Below are positions 52,561 through 64,000 of a stretch of DNA of 64,000 nt, piece after piece. Origin of the DNA: Tubulanus polymorphus (Eukaryota; Animalia; Nemertea); contig NC_134033.1 of assembly GCF_964204645.1 (NCBI RefSeq), positions 7,386,655-7,450,654 of the forward strand. The letters run 5' to 3'. The notes beneath the pieces are model-generated. The model saw nothing but the letters and a program-made list of their open reading frames with translations, did not search any database and was not told the DNA's origin. The first letter of the stretch is position 1; the number at the start of each line of letters is the position of its first letter. The position numbers and the translations under genes were made by a program.

Positions 52561-53120
52561 TGTGAACGCCCTACTCCTCCACCGATCGTGAGGGGTAATC
52601 AGGGTTCGAACACGTAATTTTAATTATTCGATTCGACAGTCCGACGATTCGCTGGTATCTCGTCGCAGCGGCTTTGTTGGGGTGTACAGCCTTGGCTCCA
52701 ACCACCAGTAGAAAAGAAATTACTCCACGGCCTCTCCAACAACCTGCGACAAACAATATTTCATAAATAGCCAAATATTTATTCATTCATCAACAGTTAG
52801 GTAAGTTACCGCCATTCGCGGAATCAATACGATGAATGACCACACTTATACAACATATTCTTTTAACATCAATACACATTTAACAATGCATTCATACAAA
52901 CAAGAACCCGACTCACCTGCGACAAACAATATTTCATAAATAGCCAAATATTTATTCATTCATCAACAGTTAGGTAAGTTACCGCCATTCGCGGAATCAA
53001 TACGATGAATGACCACACAAACCCACAACCAGAACATAACCGAGAGGGCGCCACAGGTTGGAGTGTCGTTCAGAAAACAAAAGATTACTCAACCAATGTC
53101 ATCTATGAATGTCTGTCACA
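52561..53120 (-). repeat. 5' LTR
   Basis: Adjacent to the PBS, duplicate of 45141-45700. Confidence 0.97.
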
Positions 53121-53221
53121 TTTACTGTCCTCGAACTTTTCTCTCAGTTTCTGATGGCATTCTATGATCAGCTTTACGCGCCTTTCGACATCTCAACTGT
53201 ACCTTGTGGCCGTACTGTTTC

Positions 53222-53550
53222 ATCTGTAGAATCTCCTGCAGTAGAATACAATTTTCAAGTTAAAAAATAAATGTGTCCATATAAATAGCATTTTTCTAAT
53301 GAAACAGCACTTACCACTGGTGTGAGGGGACACCTTCGAGATTTCACTCGTGCCTTGTTGCCTTGATATCCCATCTGTAGAATCTCCTGTAATAGAATAC
53401 AATTTTCAAGTTAAAAAAAATGTGTCCATATCAATAGCATTTTTCTTATGAAACAACACTTACCACTGGTATGAGGGGACACCTTTAAGATTTCACTCGT
53501 GCCTTGTCGCCTTGATATCCCATCTGTAGAATCTCCTGCAATAGAATACA
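53222..53550 (-). repeat. ~150-bp tandem repeat, each unit an exon-intron cassette of the Myb gene
   Basis: Repeated CAG|GAGATTCTACAGATG...CCAGTG|GTAAGT on the minus strand. Confidence 0.65.
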
Positions 53551-54621
53551 TGGAATTATATACATTTATTTTACAAATATGTCCCCATATAGAATGTATT
53601 TATCTATTGAAAAATATATTTTCTACATGCTGAATACTATTGTACCTGATAGGTATAAAAATTCACAAATACAAAGTTACCACCAGTATGAGACACTTGT
53701 GTATTTTCAGATAACGAACCCTTAATTTCATTATAATTCCTCACTAACGTCTTTACCATTTCGGGATCTACAAGGAAGTGCATATTTTTTAGGTAAAGCA
53801 AAGCTTATTAAATAGTTAAACATGTTTTGTATCTCAAGGATTGTTCAGATAGGTTCTTCTGAAATCATTTTATTAGGGTTTTCTGTTATTTCACAGAAAA
53901 CCCTATTGATATCCGCGTGATTATTAGGGTTTCTGCTGCTTTCGCAGAAACCCTATTGTAATTCTGTTGATTATTATTATTATTATTAGGGTTTTCTGAC
54001 TTTCGTCGAAAACCCTTTTGTAATTAGGGTTTTCTGTTTCTTCACAGAAAACCCTATTGAAATTCGCGTGATTATTATTATTTTTTTTCCCTTTTCCACA
54101 TAGTTTTTGTTAAAAGTGTAAAGGCTTCCTTACCTTACCGCTGTCGCCGATACAATCCGTATGATGTCCTTCAGCTCACTTCAATCTCCAGATACTGCAT
54201 GGGAATTTTGATAAATCCACGTTATAAAGGCACTGTCGAGCCGTAAACATCAGAAATTTGGCTCCATTCAATTAGTAGCCATGTTGTGTTTTCTTACCGA
54301 TATTTCTCTCTTCTTTTCGAGGAAGAGCTATCGAATAATTCCCTCTCTTCTCCACAATCAATTTCAAAGTCAATTTTATGAATTTATTGCTCAGCGGGTC
54401 CGAGACCAAGAGTTTACGAGTCCGGCGTTCGCGTGTCTGACAGGTTTACGGGCATTTGTTTGTTACCTCTTTAATATTTTTGATTTCTTGTTATTCCGGT
54501 TATTTTATTTAAGTATATTGCTGATCAGTTCATGTAACCAAAAGCGTCAATAAACAGACTTTGAATTGATCACGTTTAAATCAAGGTCGTTGAGTCGCGG
54601 AAGGCTACTAGAATTACGTTC

Positions 54622-56533
54622 GAGCTCAGACCACTATTCCAAAATCTTCTATATCCTATAGTAAAAACAAGAAATTCGAGAGTTTAGTTCATATATAAGC
54701 GCGTAAATTCAGGAGAAATCCTGCTTATGGCTCATAGGCCAGCATCTTAGCTACGCATTGAAGTGGTTTTCGCCCCACGTACCCAACCTAACTTTTGAAA
54801 TAATCAAACCTTTAGAAAGGAGGGGTATCCCAGTACAGGTATGCCAGTACATCCGAGCCAAATATCTAAGGGAATCCCCCACCGTGTTTGGTACCCTTAC
54901 TCCAAGCAAAAAAAAGTCCAGGGAATCCCTTATTTCATCATCGATCTGTCTCTCATGATCAATGGATTTCATACATATAACCGAAATTCGTTACCTATCC
55001 CATTTGCAGAAATTATGGCAACATTTATGGGGGACCTCTTCTTCACTCTAGGTACTATTTTTGGGGTCCGGCCCTACGCATCTTCGAGCTACTAACCTAA
55101 TTGTGGTCTGATGCCTGACAAGTACCCAAACTTAAGAATAGCATTAGTTTTTGTACAGTTTTAGAAAGAGTGGAGACACCCTAGTTATACAACGCAATAC
55201 AATAGCTCTCGGCCAATTACACATGGAAATACATGCTAATGCACAAATCGCGCGTATGCGACAAAATCCAAGTTTTCTATCAATATCATCTAAGTCAAAC
55301 ATTCATTTCAAAATATGAATAAAACAATTATACAACATTTTCTGAATACTTGATAGATTTTTTTCACTGATGGATATAAATATATGGCTATGGATAAAAA
55401 TCAGAAACACAATCTTTAAGCATTTTTTGAAAAAAATGCCATTTTCATCATCGAATGGGCTGAAACCTTTAGATTTGGCGTTTTCTTGCGCTGAAGGCCT
55501 AATTCGAATGCACCCTACTGCGTCCACAGGCCTTCGGCCGGGACGAATTTTATATACCAAGCGTAGTTGTCACCAGTACTAGTTAGGAAAAATATCACAA
55601 CTGGCCTCTGACAATGTCCTTTCGGTTGCCATGGTTTCAACGAAAATATGCATTTCCCCTACCCCTTAAATTCCTGACAGTATCTGGCACCAAAAAGTCA
55701 GCCAAACTAGATAACTTAATCAAAGAAAGCTGAATTAATGTGATTATTCTGCATGGGCAAGGATGGCCTTTATGAAATAAATTTATGAGCATCGACCGAG
55801 CCTCCTACGAGAAAATATCTTACGGTTCATGCCTAAAAATTGACCGAAATCTGCGATTCTAGCCTTCTACAAGCAAAAATATTACCAAATCCTACCATGA
55901 AACTGATTAAAATCAGTGAATTAGGTCTCAATGAATGCCTCAAGACGACTTATATGTGCAAAAGATGTATAAGATAAAAATTATTTGTGAAATTTCGTCA
56001 AAACTTCAAAATTTGTTATTTTGGCTGTATTGGCTGTCAGAGCTCAGACCACTATTCCAAAATCTTCTATATCCTATAGTAAAAACAAGAAATTCGAGAG
56101 TTTAGTTCATATATAAGCGCGTAAATTCAGGAGAAATCCTGCTTATGGCTCATAGGCCAGCATCTTAGCTACGCATTGAAGTGGTTTTCGCCCCACGTAC
56201 CCAACCTAACTTTTGAAATAATCAAACCTTTAGAAAGGAGGGGTATCCCAGTACAGGTATGCCAGTACATCCGAGCCAAATATCTAAGGGAATCCCCCAC
56301 CGTGTTTGGTACCCTTACTCCAAGCAAAAAAAAGTCCAGGGAATCCCTTATTTCATCATCGATCTGTCTCTCAGGATCAATGGATTTCATACATATAACC
56401 GAAATTCGTTACCTATCCCATTTGCAGAAATTATGGCAACATTTATGGGGGACCTCTTCTTCACTCTAGGTACTATTTTTGGGGTCCGGCCCTACGCATC
56501 TTCGAGCTACTAACCTAATTGTGGTCTGATGCC
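54622..56533. mobile_element. Non-coding element with 494-bp terminal direct repeats, TSD GTTC
   Basis: Repeats at 54622-55115 and 56040-56533, each bounded by TCAGACCAC/GTGGTCTGA. Empty paralogous site at ~16270-16275. Confidence 0.85.
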
Positions 56534-58325
56534 GTTCGTCTTCGTCTCAGAGAGAAAACAAACGACAGAAAAGTATCAGGTGATTATCGATAGCCTACAA
56601 CGGTACACACAGTTGACAAACAGTGTTAGGCCTGTGCCGGTTGGTGCGTACTGGGACTAAATATACTGGTTGGTCAGTTGGTTCGGTTATGAAGTGTGGA
56701 AGCTAAGATTATAAGAAAGCCTACCGGTATTTATTTGTCTATAGGCCTATTATATAGAAGCCAATACCATTTTAAGTACGTAGTTGTTAACCGCACGTGA
56801 CTGTACGGTGATCTCCACAGGTTAACCGCGTACGTGAGGTCCCTACTAAGTATATAATGCCATACGTGAGTTCCTAGTAGCCAATACCATTTGTGAAATA
56901 CGAAATTGTAATGCGTACGTGACTGTACCGTGATATCCACAGGTTAACCGTACGTGAGTTCCCTACTAACGCTGTACGTGAGTTCCTAGTAGCCAATACC
57001 ATTTTAAGTACGAAATTATAACGCGTACGTGACTGTACGGTGATATCCACAGGTTAACCGTACGTGAGTTCCCTAAAAACGCTGTACGTGAGTTCCTATA
57101 ATCTGCAAACGCGCATGCGTAAAAGAATAGAGTTTGGGTTAGGTGAGGCTAGGTAGGCTATTTGTAAATCAAATTTCATCCACCCACCAGTTACCTTCTG
57201 TGGCACAGTGGGTAAATCACTGGACTACTACTGGATTTTTTTTTCGTTTGGTTTCGAATCCCAATATTGCAAGTCTGAGCGTCAACGTACTCACATATGG
57301 CTAACCTGTAGAAATCACCGTACAGTCACGTACAGGTAACAACAGCGTTTTAAGTATTAAGTGAGTACGACAAGCCTACCATGCATATGTACTACAAACA
57401 CAACTTTTTCCCTCTCGTCGGCCCTACAGTGATGTTACTATAACTGGTGCCATTATAATATGGATAGGATTTGGTCAGGACTAGCCTAAAGTCTAATTCA
57501 GTCTATATACTAATTCACTCCATAGGCCTATTTTTAAAACAATACAGTGAAATATTCACACGCAGAAAGGCTAATTGATTTGAGCCATGTGATTAAGTTT
57601 GGCCAGGCCTTCTCTGACCTGCTGACATTAATAGTCAAACCAAAACGTTCATATGGTCACGGCTTGTATTACCAGAAATCATTGTAGGCCTGTACATTTT
57701 GCTGTTCGTAAGTTTGGTATACCGATTTCTCCATTCTTGACTGATAAGTGTACGGTACAGCTGTACGCTGTATATAATTGTTCCAATGGGAATAGGGCCT
57801 ATTGATTGGGCTTATTATTTCCTGCTTTAGAGTACTGAAATAAACCTAATGTTCATTCAAATATCCAACATCGGTGAAAGTTTGATTAATACTGTATACA
57901 TGTACTGTAGGTTTTCATGTTGTATGAATATTTTGCAGTTCAAATGGGTATGATGCTGATTCCAATGTCAAACGCATGAAGTTAGATGGTCAAGGACAGT
58001 CAACACCAAGATATCTCTCTTCGACCGATGTTGAACCATAGAAGATCTGATTCTTTCAACTCAAGGAAAGTGATTCAACACAATCGACATAACACTGGAA
58101 TAGGTTTGCAGTAACTAACCGTTCATTTCATTTAGTCCTATGTACTTTTTAGCCAATTTGGATTTGATTGTAATTGAAACTCTGGAACTGTTAACAAAAG
58201 ACAAGTAAGACAAGTTGAAAAAACAAGTTATGCTTGATTCTCATGTTCAAATTTAATTCAAATTTATTTTATTACATCATATTTACAAAGCATATCATTG
58301 AATTTCTATGACTAAATGAACATTA

Positions 58326-58868
58326 TTTTTAGCCCACTTGGGACTTTAGTCCCAGCGGGCTATTGCGTTCACTTTTCGTCCGTCCGTAGACGGAAATCAG
58401 TTATTTTAGGAAGTTTTGAAGACGCTTCAATGTAATGTCTTGATATTTGGGTTTCACCCTAGACACATCTTCAGCTCAAAAACTGGCCCTGTCAGAATCA
58501 AGATGGCCGACTGGCAGCCATTGTTGTTCGCCAAAATCAACACTTTTTACACATTTTTGAACTTTTTGAGGGAAATTTTGAAGATGCTTTGATCAATTAC
58601 CTTGATCTTTCCGATATATGTGAATGCCCCTGGGCCCATCAGCATAACAAAAATTGGGATACGGACTCAAGATGGCCGTCCTATGACCTTTTTTAGTGCC
58701 CAAAAATGTCAATTTTGGCCCGAATTCTGAGTTTGCCATTTCTCATTGCAATTTGTGATGGGTATTCTTTGAAAAGGGATGTTTTATACCTTTGATACCT
58801 GAATTGTTAGATTGTTGAGCATTTGGAACCACTTCCCAAGTGGGCATGGTGTCCCTGGACCCCTAGTT
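58326..58868 (+). mobile_element. Short HINE/DINE-1-like element, copy 3
   Basis: Reverse complement of 14402-14961. Confidence 0.65.
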
Positions 58869-59759
58869 CTAATAACTCAGATCAAGAGTGACTCTCCCGT
58901 TTATTAGGAAACACACGCAACTAGTGGAATAGGTTTGATTTACACACATGTTGCGGGTATCAATTGTTTATCACTGTAGAATTTGTAATCCATAAAAGCC
59001 AAAATCGACATCAGCCGGAAACCCAGACCAAATCAATTCATAATTTATTGATTGAATCTACACTACGATATATGTATTTATTCAAATATTTCAGTAAAAA
59101 ATTAACTTCTTAAATCTAATCTATTCTAAATCATAATACGTTCTTATTTGTGAATTCACTCAATCTATCGGCTCAGCAGGTGCTTAAGATGAGTTCTTAA
59201 TAGGACAGATCCATTTTTAAGGATGGTGATAATACAGTATCATGATGTTTGAATGCCAAAATAAGTGCCTGGTCAAATATATTAATATATTAATATTTGT
59301 GATTGTACGTCCACGTATGTTCGGTTTCAAAGCTGAATCATATTTGACGTTTACACAGTGGTTGCATATTAGGTTCGAATCTGTCAATGCATTTTATTCT
59401 ATGTATCGATATTTCAATTTACTACAATTCCCATCATTCTGAATGGCTTTACAGAAAACCCGTCATCGCTGCTTTGCAGCTATATTTCTGTTGATTGTTA
59501 TTATTATTATTTATATATTTTCCACTTTTTTTTCGCACATAAAATTCATCTTCTATCAGATTCGACAACTAACTGCTTCTAATTGAAATGTAGAATTCTG
59601 ATAGTAATATAACACGCATTCGCTCCGCGTAGATTATACCTATGCACTCTCCGTCCTATTTTAAACTTAAAATTACTTACTGAAAGATAACACCGGATGA
59701 TAGTAGCAATCGCGACTCGCCCTGTCCGGTACTCCCACTAACGATAAAAACAGCGTCCT

Positions 59760-59830
59760 GTCCTGTGGCATGGTGGATAAGGTGTTTGACTCCCAACTGT
59801 GAGGTCGAGGGTTCGAATCCTAGTTAAACC
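59760..59830 (+). repeat. tRNA-derived SINE-like head
   Basis: A box TGGCATGGTGG and B box GGTTCGAATCC. No convincing acceptor stem. Confidence 0.45.
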
Positions 59831-60150
59831 ATGCGTTATCACAGTACAGCGCCGGCGCGCAACAATTGTTTTATTAATGAAACAACATGGTGGATGGTTG
59901 AAATCATTTTCGGCTTAAATTTATCGCGAGTTTTAGGACATTAATGAATTTCACGAAACCATGATTTCTAAAATGAGTCAATTGATTAATTCTATTCGTA
60001 AATCAATTTACGTTGGCTACATTTCCTGAAGATTTCGGGGTCAAATCAACGTGATATGGACAGAAATTGTAGGAATTTCCACACGGAATTTTACTTCCGC
60101 GTTCAGTTGACGACTCGTATCGATGACAACGACAGCGGAGTTTATGTATT

Positions 60151-60187
60151 CATAGAACTATAACGGATATTCCGTTATAGTTCTATG
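60151..60187. mobile_element. 37-bp palindromic insertion with 7-bp TSD (P-element-like footprint)
   Basis: CATAGAACTATAACGGA-TAT-TCCGTTATAGTTCTATG flanked by ATGTATT. The paralog at ~10048-10054 is empty. Confidence 0.8.
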
Positions 60188-62225
60188 ATGTATTTTAAGG
60201 TGAGAATCCGTTAACCAGGGAATGTATTAAATGATTTCTTTAATAATATGAGTATGGTAGCAAATGAGTAGGCCTACTCGGTGAAGCAATGATCATTGTT
60301 GGCTACTTACTTAATGCCAAGCTTTTTGGGGGGATGCGCCTAGAATAGATTTAGGCCCTAAATATAATGGGTAGAGCCAGTCAGTGGAATGCCTTAATAG
60401 CAGCTAGTTATGGCCTGGTTTACACTGAATGTGCATGACAATTTATTTTGATTACTTTCTTTCCAGCTATTATTCATGGAATGAACTGGGCACTACGGTC
60501 TTCAATTCCTTTGCGGATTCTTGCAGGAATATTAAACCACAGTGCGCAAATGTATGTTTCAAATTAGGCTTTTTCGACATTGACAGCCAAAGACGTAACT
60601 TAACACGCTAACTTAAGCGCAACTGTCTCAGATGCTGTAAGTACTTGACGTTTTGCGTAATTTTTTTTTTGTAATGCAATATTTGGATTAGTGATCAGTC
60701 GTGCTAACGTACATGCAGAATTGGATTCATTGTAATTATGGGATGATAATTCATGGGCGTCACGAGTCCTGCGACATACCCTTGATATGAAGCTTTTTTA
60801 ATGTTAATCATTGACTTGTTTTGGAGTAAACTGAATAGCCCTTAAAATACCAATGCCACGTGGCTTGGTGTCTATGCTCCACGAGACTGTAGTAATAGAT
60901 TTTCACAACAAACTCATGATTTCAAATAGTCTCCTAAGATATCTATATATTATTTCGCTCCTTACCTAAGTAATTCTTACATTTGATTGCTTAATTACAG
61001 ATGGAAAGAGGTCAGATGGCATGAAAATCGACTGTGGCTGACTAATTGGCACGAGTAACCAAAATGCTTCAATCATCAGGGGTAGACAAATTAGCCGAAG
61101 ATGAATGAAAACTTCACCTTGATGATCATCAGTTGATTTTGCTATAATTATTTGCCTGGATATATCCTTCATTTCAAAATCTGTCTTCAGTAGAATTTCT
61201 TTCAATAAAATATTTTGAAGATTGAATTTGAATTGATCTTAAAACCAGAGAAATTTAGAAAATCCTTGACTCATAATCAAATTCTGTGAAGTCAGTTAAG
61301 GTCTTTTTGGTCGAATCAAGCCGAGGGCTCAGGTGACTAAAACTCAATTCCTCACTGTCTTATAATGCCGAGTACGACGGAGTTTACACACTGAAACACG
61401 TTGGGCTGTGTAAGTGTAATTTGGATAAGTCCACAATATAATGACCGCTCTGCCCCGCTGCATCTGAGACGTCAACAAGTTAGACTGTATTGCTTCGATG
61501 ACAAACTGACTCCTACGCAAGATGACCATCCAATTCAAATGTAAATTAAGAAAGAAAACAACAAAACTAGTTGCGTTGATCAACAAAAATAAATCAATAG
61601 TTTATTACAATACTTCAATTTCAAAATAAGGATAGGAAAAAAGTGAACAATAAGTGTGTTTGCCATGCGTCTTTAAATATTTCCCAAGAATATGTCTTTG
61701 TCTGGCCACCACCTGCCTCGACGTCAGACTTTTTCGAGATTTTCGCTAAAAATACGAAACAAGACAAAATTGATGAATCATACATGCTACATTCACTTTT
61801 ACTGCGAACATTGAGCTAAAGCAATTTTCTAGGAGGAAAAATTGAGTCAAATGATGTTTCAAAATCTGGACGGGAACAGTTTTACTGAATTGTATGGCTA
61901 ATGGCAAATGCATGTTTATATTGATAAGGTAAATATCTGTATAAAAGGTTGTATAGCAACTTGAATTGAAGGATTAATGCAATAGGTCTCTTATTCTAAA
62001 AGACGAGTGAGCCATACTTACTAGATTGGTCATGTGAATCAACATCAAATTTAGAACTATCATCCATTTTTAGTTTTCAATCAAAGACCAACCTATGAAA
62101 TAAAGTACATATTTTTCTGATAACAACCTGGAATAAATTAAAATAAATCTGAGGAATTCACCAAATTTCTGTATCAAACCCCTAATAGGGCCTATATAAC
62201 CTATAGATTGATACTTACATACGAC

Positions 62226-62493
62226 AGTAATAGGGATAATGGGCTTTCAGGCCAAAGGTCGAACGGTCGAGCTCGTAAAAATGAAAAAACATAAAAATAA
62301 TAACAATTTCTACTTGAATTACTCGCAAAACTCATAAAAATGAAAAATAAATTCTCACACGCTCGAATTTATTTTTCATTTTCATGAGTTTCACTCCTAA
62401 TTCAAGTAGAAATTGTTATTATTTTTATGTTTTTTCATTTTTACTCACCCGCCCGTTCAACCTTTAGCCTGAAAGCCCATTATCCCTATTACT
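62226..62493. repeat. 268-bp imperfect palindrome (129-bp arms, 10-nt loop)
   Basis: Arms 62226-62354 and 62365-62493 are reverse complements with two bubbles and a few single mismatches. Confidence 0.95.
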
Positions 62494-62575
62494 CTTAAAA
62501 TATTCACATATATATGAATAACATTTAAATCATTGAACTTCTAAAATCAATTTTAATAAAAAATATAGTATTAAA

Positions 62576-64000
62576 ATGGAAGCAAATAAATACTACTGCC
62601 CAACATGTAATATCGATATAGACAAGTCTCAAAAAGCAAGACACAATAAAACTATAACACATTTAGAGAATAAATTGAAACTAGAGTATAAGGATGATAT
62701 ATTAGAAACTAAATTAGAAGAATTAAAGAATGAAAAAGAAACATACAAATGTGGTACATGTAATCAATCATTCAGTGATAAAAGATATTATAAAGAACAT
62801 TTAAAATCTATAAGTCATATTAGAAATAAGAATAATGATATTTTAGGTGAAGATTATTTTGATAATGACAATGATAAGAAACAGAAAACAATTAAAAGAA
62901 TAAAAAATAAATTAAACAATAAAAGACCATACATGGAAGATGTAAGAAATTATATTAATTCATTAGATAATAAAAAAGATATAGAGATAACCGAAGCATT
63001 TAAAAGTGATATTGGTCCAGCAGCTATCGAGTTTAAATTTCATAAAGGTAAAACAATAGAAGAAAATAAAAAACATTTAGAAAATATGAAAGAAATAATA
63101 AAAATAATTACAGATGTTGAATATCCTAAAATAAGTATATCTTCTAAAGTAAAGTTTATAAAATCTGAAGATAAACCAATATATAATATTAATTCTCATT
63201 CACAACATATTATATCTAAACAACATATAGATGATAAATTAAATAAATGTTATAATGAAATAAAAACTAAAATAGAAGAGAAATATTTTGAAGGATCTGG
63301 TTTAATATTTGATGAAATAATATTTATGACTTTACATGTTTATAACACAAAATATAATAAGTTAACTAAATCAAAACCAATTGATGAAAATAATTTATCA
63401 TATTATAAAGAACCAGATATTGAAGCATCAAGTTATATTAAACTACCATTTAAAACTAATGCTGTAATAAATATACAAAATGAAGATGATAAATGTTTTC
63501 TATGGGCTATAATAAGTTGTTTACATCCAGTTGAAGATTATAATAAACATACTTATAGATTAACTCATTATAAACAATTTGAAAATAATTATAAGATAGA
63601 TAAGTATCCTGTTAGAATTAAAAACATCCCCAAAATAGAAAGAGATAATAATTTAAAGATAAATGTATTTGATTTAATTAAATTACCAAATACAAAAGGA
63701 AATAATATTAAACATTATACATTAGAACCTTTATACCTATCAAAAGATTATGATTCAAACGATGTTATAGATATACTATATTATGAGAATCATTATATGT
63801 GGATTAAACAAATAGATTTATTTTTCAAATCAGAAAATGATCACCATAAAATATATCTATGTAGAAAATGTTTACATAAATTTAGTAATGAAAGTACATT
63901 ATTAAATCATAAACAACTATGTGATAATCATGATTATTGTAAATTAGTTTTACCAAATGAAAAAGATAAAATATTAGAATTCAAAAAATATGATTACAAA
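62576..64000 (+). CDS. polB: pPolB N-terminal part (zinc fingers, OTU-like domain), open to window end; absent from the ORF track
   Basis: MEANKYYCPTC...RPYMEDVRNYI...YFEGSGL...INIQNEDDKCFLWAI, homologous to copy 2 PolB. Confidence 0.9.
   Translation, partial: MEANKYYCPTCNIDIDKSQKARHNKTITHLENKLKLEYKDDILETKLEELKNEKETYKCGTCNQSFSDKRYYKEHLKSISHIRNKNNDILGEDYFDNDNDKKQKTIKRIKNKLNNKRPYMEDVRNYINSLDNKKDIEITEAFKSDIGPAAIEFKFHKGKTIEENKKHLENMKEIIKIITDVEYPKISISSKVKFIKSEDKPIYNINSHSQHIISKQHIDDKLNKCYNEIKTKIEEKYFEGSGLIFDEIIFMTLHVYNTKYNKLTKSKPIDENNLSYYKEPDIEASSYIKLPFKTNAVINIQNEDDKCFLWAIISCLHPVEDYNKHTYRLTHYKQFENNYKIDKYPVRIKNIPKIERDNNLKINVFDLIKLPNTKGNNIKHYTLEPLYLSKDYDSNDVIDILYYENHYMWIKQIDLFFKSENDHHKIYLCRKCLHKFSNESTLLNHKQLCDNHDYCKLVLPNEKDKILEFKKYDYK

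Larger units (their letters stand above)
45141..53120 (-). mobile_element. Full-length Ty3/Gypsy LTR retrotransposon (7,980 bp)
   Basis: 560-bp TG...CA LTRs, 4-bp TSD TTTA, PBS TGGCACCCTCGATGGGA (52542-52558, tRNA-Arg-like), PPT GGGGGAGTA (45701-45709), gag and pol. Confidence 0.97.
44581..53540 (-). pseudogene. Harbinger Myb/SANT-like (trihelix) DNA-binding protein, split by the Gypsy insertion
   Basis: Removing the Gypsy restores EKFEDSKTKKKTLWQQIAIEISESGYFFTWEQIKNKW...TGRDPKSCPYFDELD, with frameshifts. C-terminal coiled coil at 44581-44910. Confidence 0.75.
42638..53870 (+). mobile_element. PIF/Harbinger DNA transposon (right end not visible), interrupted by Gypsy and by the Helentron nest
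   Basis: Begins after TTA exactly where similarity to the paralogous unit (24282) stops. Convergent transposase and Myb/SANT genes. Confidence 0.8.
53872..62225 (+). mobile_element. Second nest of Helentron-like elements (stacked 5' ends; family A 54026-59487 inside family B 53986-62225+)
   Basis: Four 5' hairpin ends at 53872-54070 and a 3' end at 59452-59487, after which B resumes (GTAATT|CTGTTGATTG). Bodies are reverse complements of 8016-16860. Confidence 0.78.
62226..64000 (+). mobile_element. Polinton copy 3 (divergent), left end
   Basis: Starts AGTAAT exactly where similarity to the empty paralog (8016-8021) ends. The terminus is similar to the copy 2 TIR and is followed by pPolB. 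Confidence 0.88.

Noticed and set aside
59760-59830. Functional tRNA gene
   Set aside because: A/B boxes are present but there is no proper cloverleaf or acceptor stem, and the paralog is degenerate. Treated as a SINE-like head.
8016-62225. A giant transposon with ~9-kb terminal inverted repeats enclosing the central region
   Set aside because: The inverted homology resolves into independent nested Helentron-like elements with different nesting order and module content. Their 5' ends face inward and no outer TSD is evident.

Overview
AT-rich eukaryotic (probably invertebrate animal) DNA made almost entirely of nested mobile elements; no clearly intact host gene. Three related Polinton/Maverick (adintovirus-like) endogenous viruses are present: a decayed partial copy (1-4300, minus), a complete 16.4-kb copy (25781-42203; ~95-bp TIRs, TGTATC target-site duplication) and the left end of a more divergent third copy (62226-64000) that opens with a 268-bp hairpin. 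The complete copy encodes pPolB, penton-like and major capsid proteins, integrase, packaging ATPase and several membrane proteins. It also shows three giant-virus-like traits: (i) a 355-aa LAGLIDADG intein in PolB motif C resembling the Mimivirus PolB intein, (ii) a VLTF3-like late transcription factor gene, and (iii) a poxvirus-late-like ATAAATG start context on 14 of 15 genes. Together these suggest, by inference, a virophage-like element dependent on a large cytoplasmic DNA virus. The rest comprises two oppositely oriented Russian-doll nests of Helentron-like non-autonomous elements, a Harbinger transposon interrupted by a young Gypsy LTR retrotransposon, a direct-repeat-flanked DNA element, MITEs, a P-element-like footprint and a decayed spliced gene with an Ulp1-like protease domain. 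All homology calls come from motif recognition by eye, not database searches.
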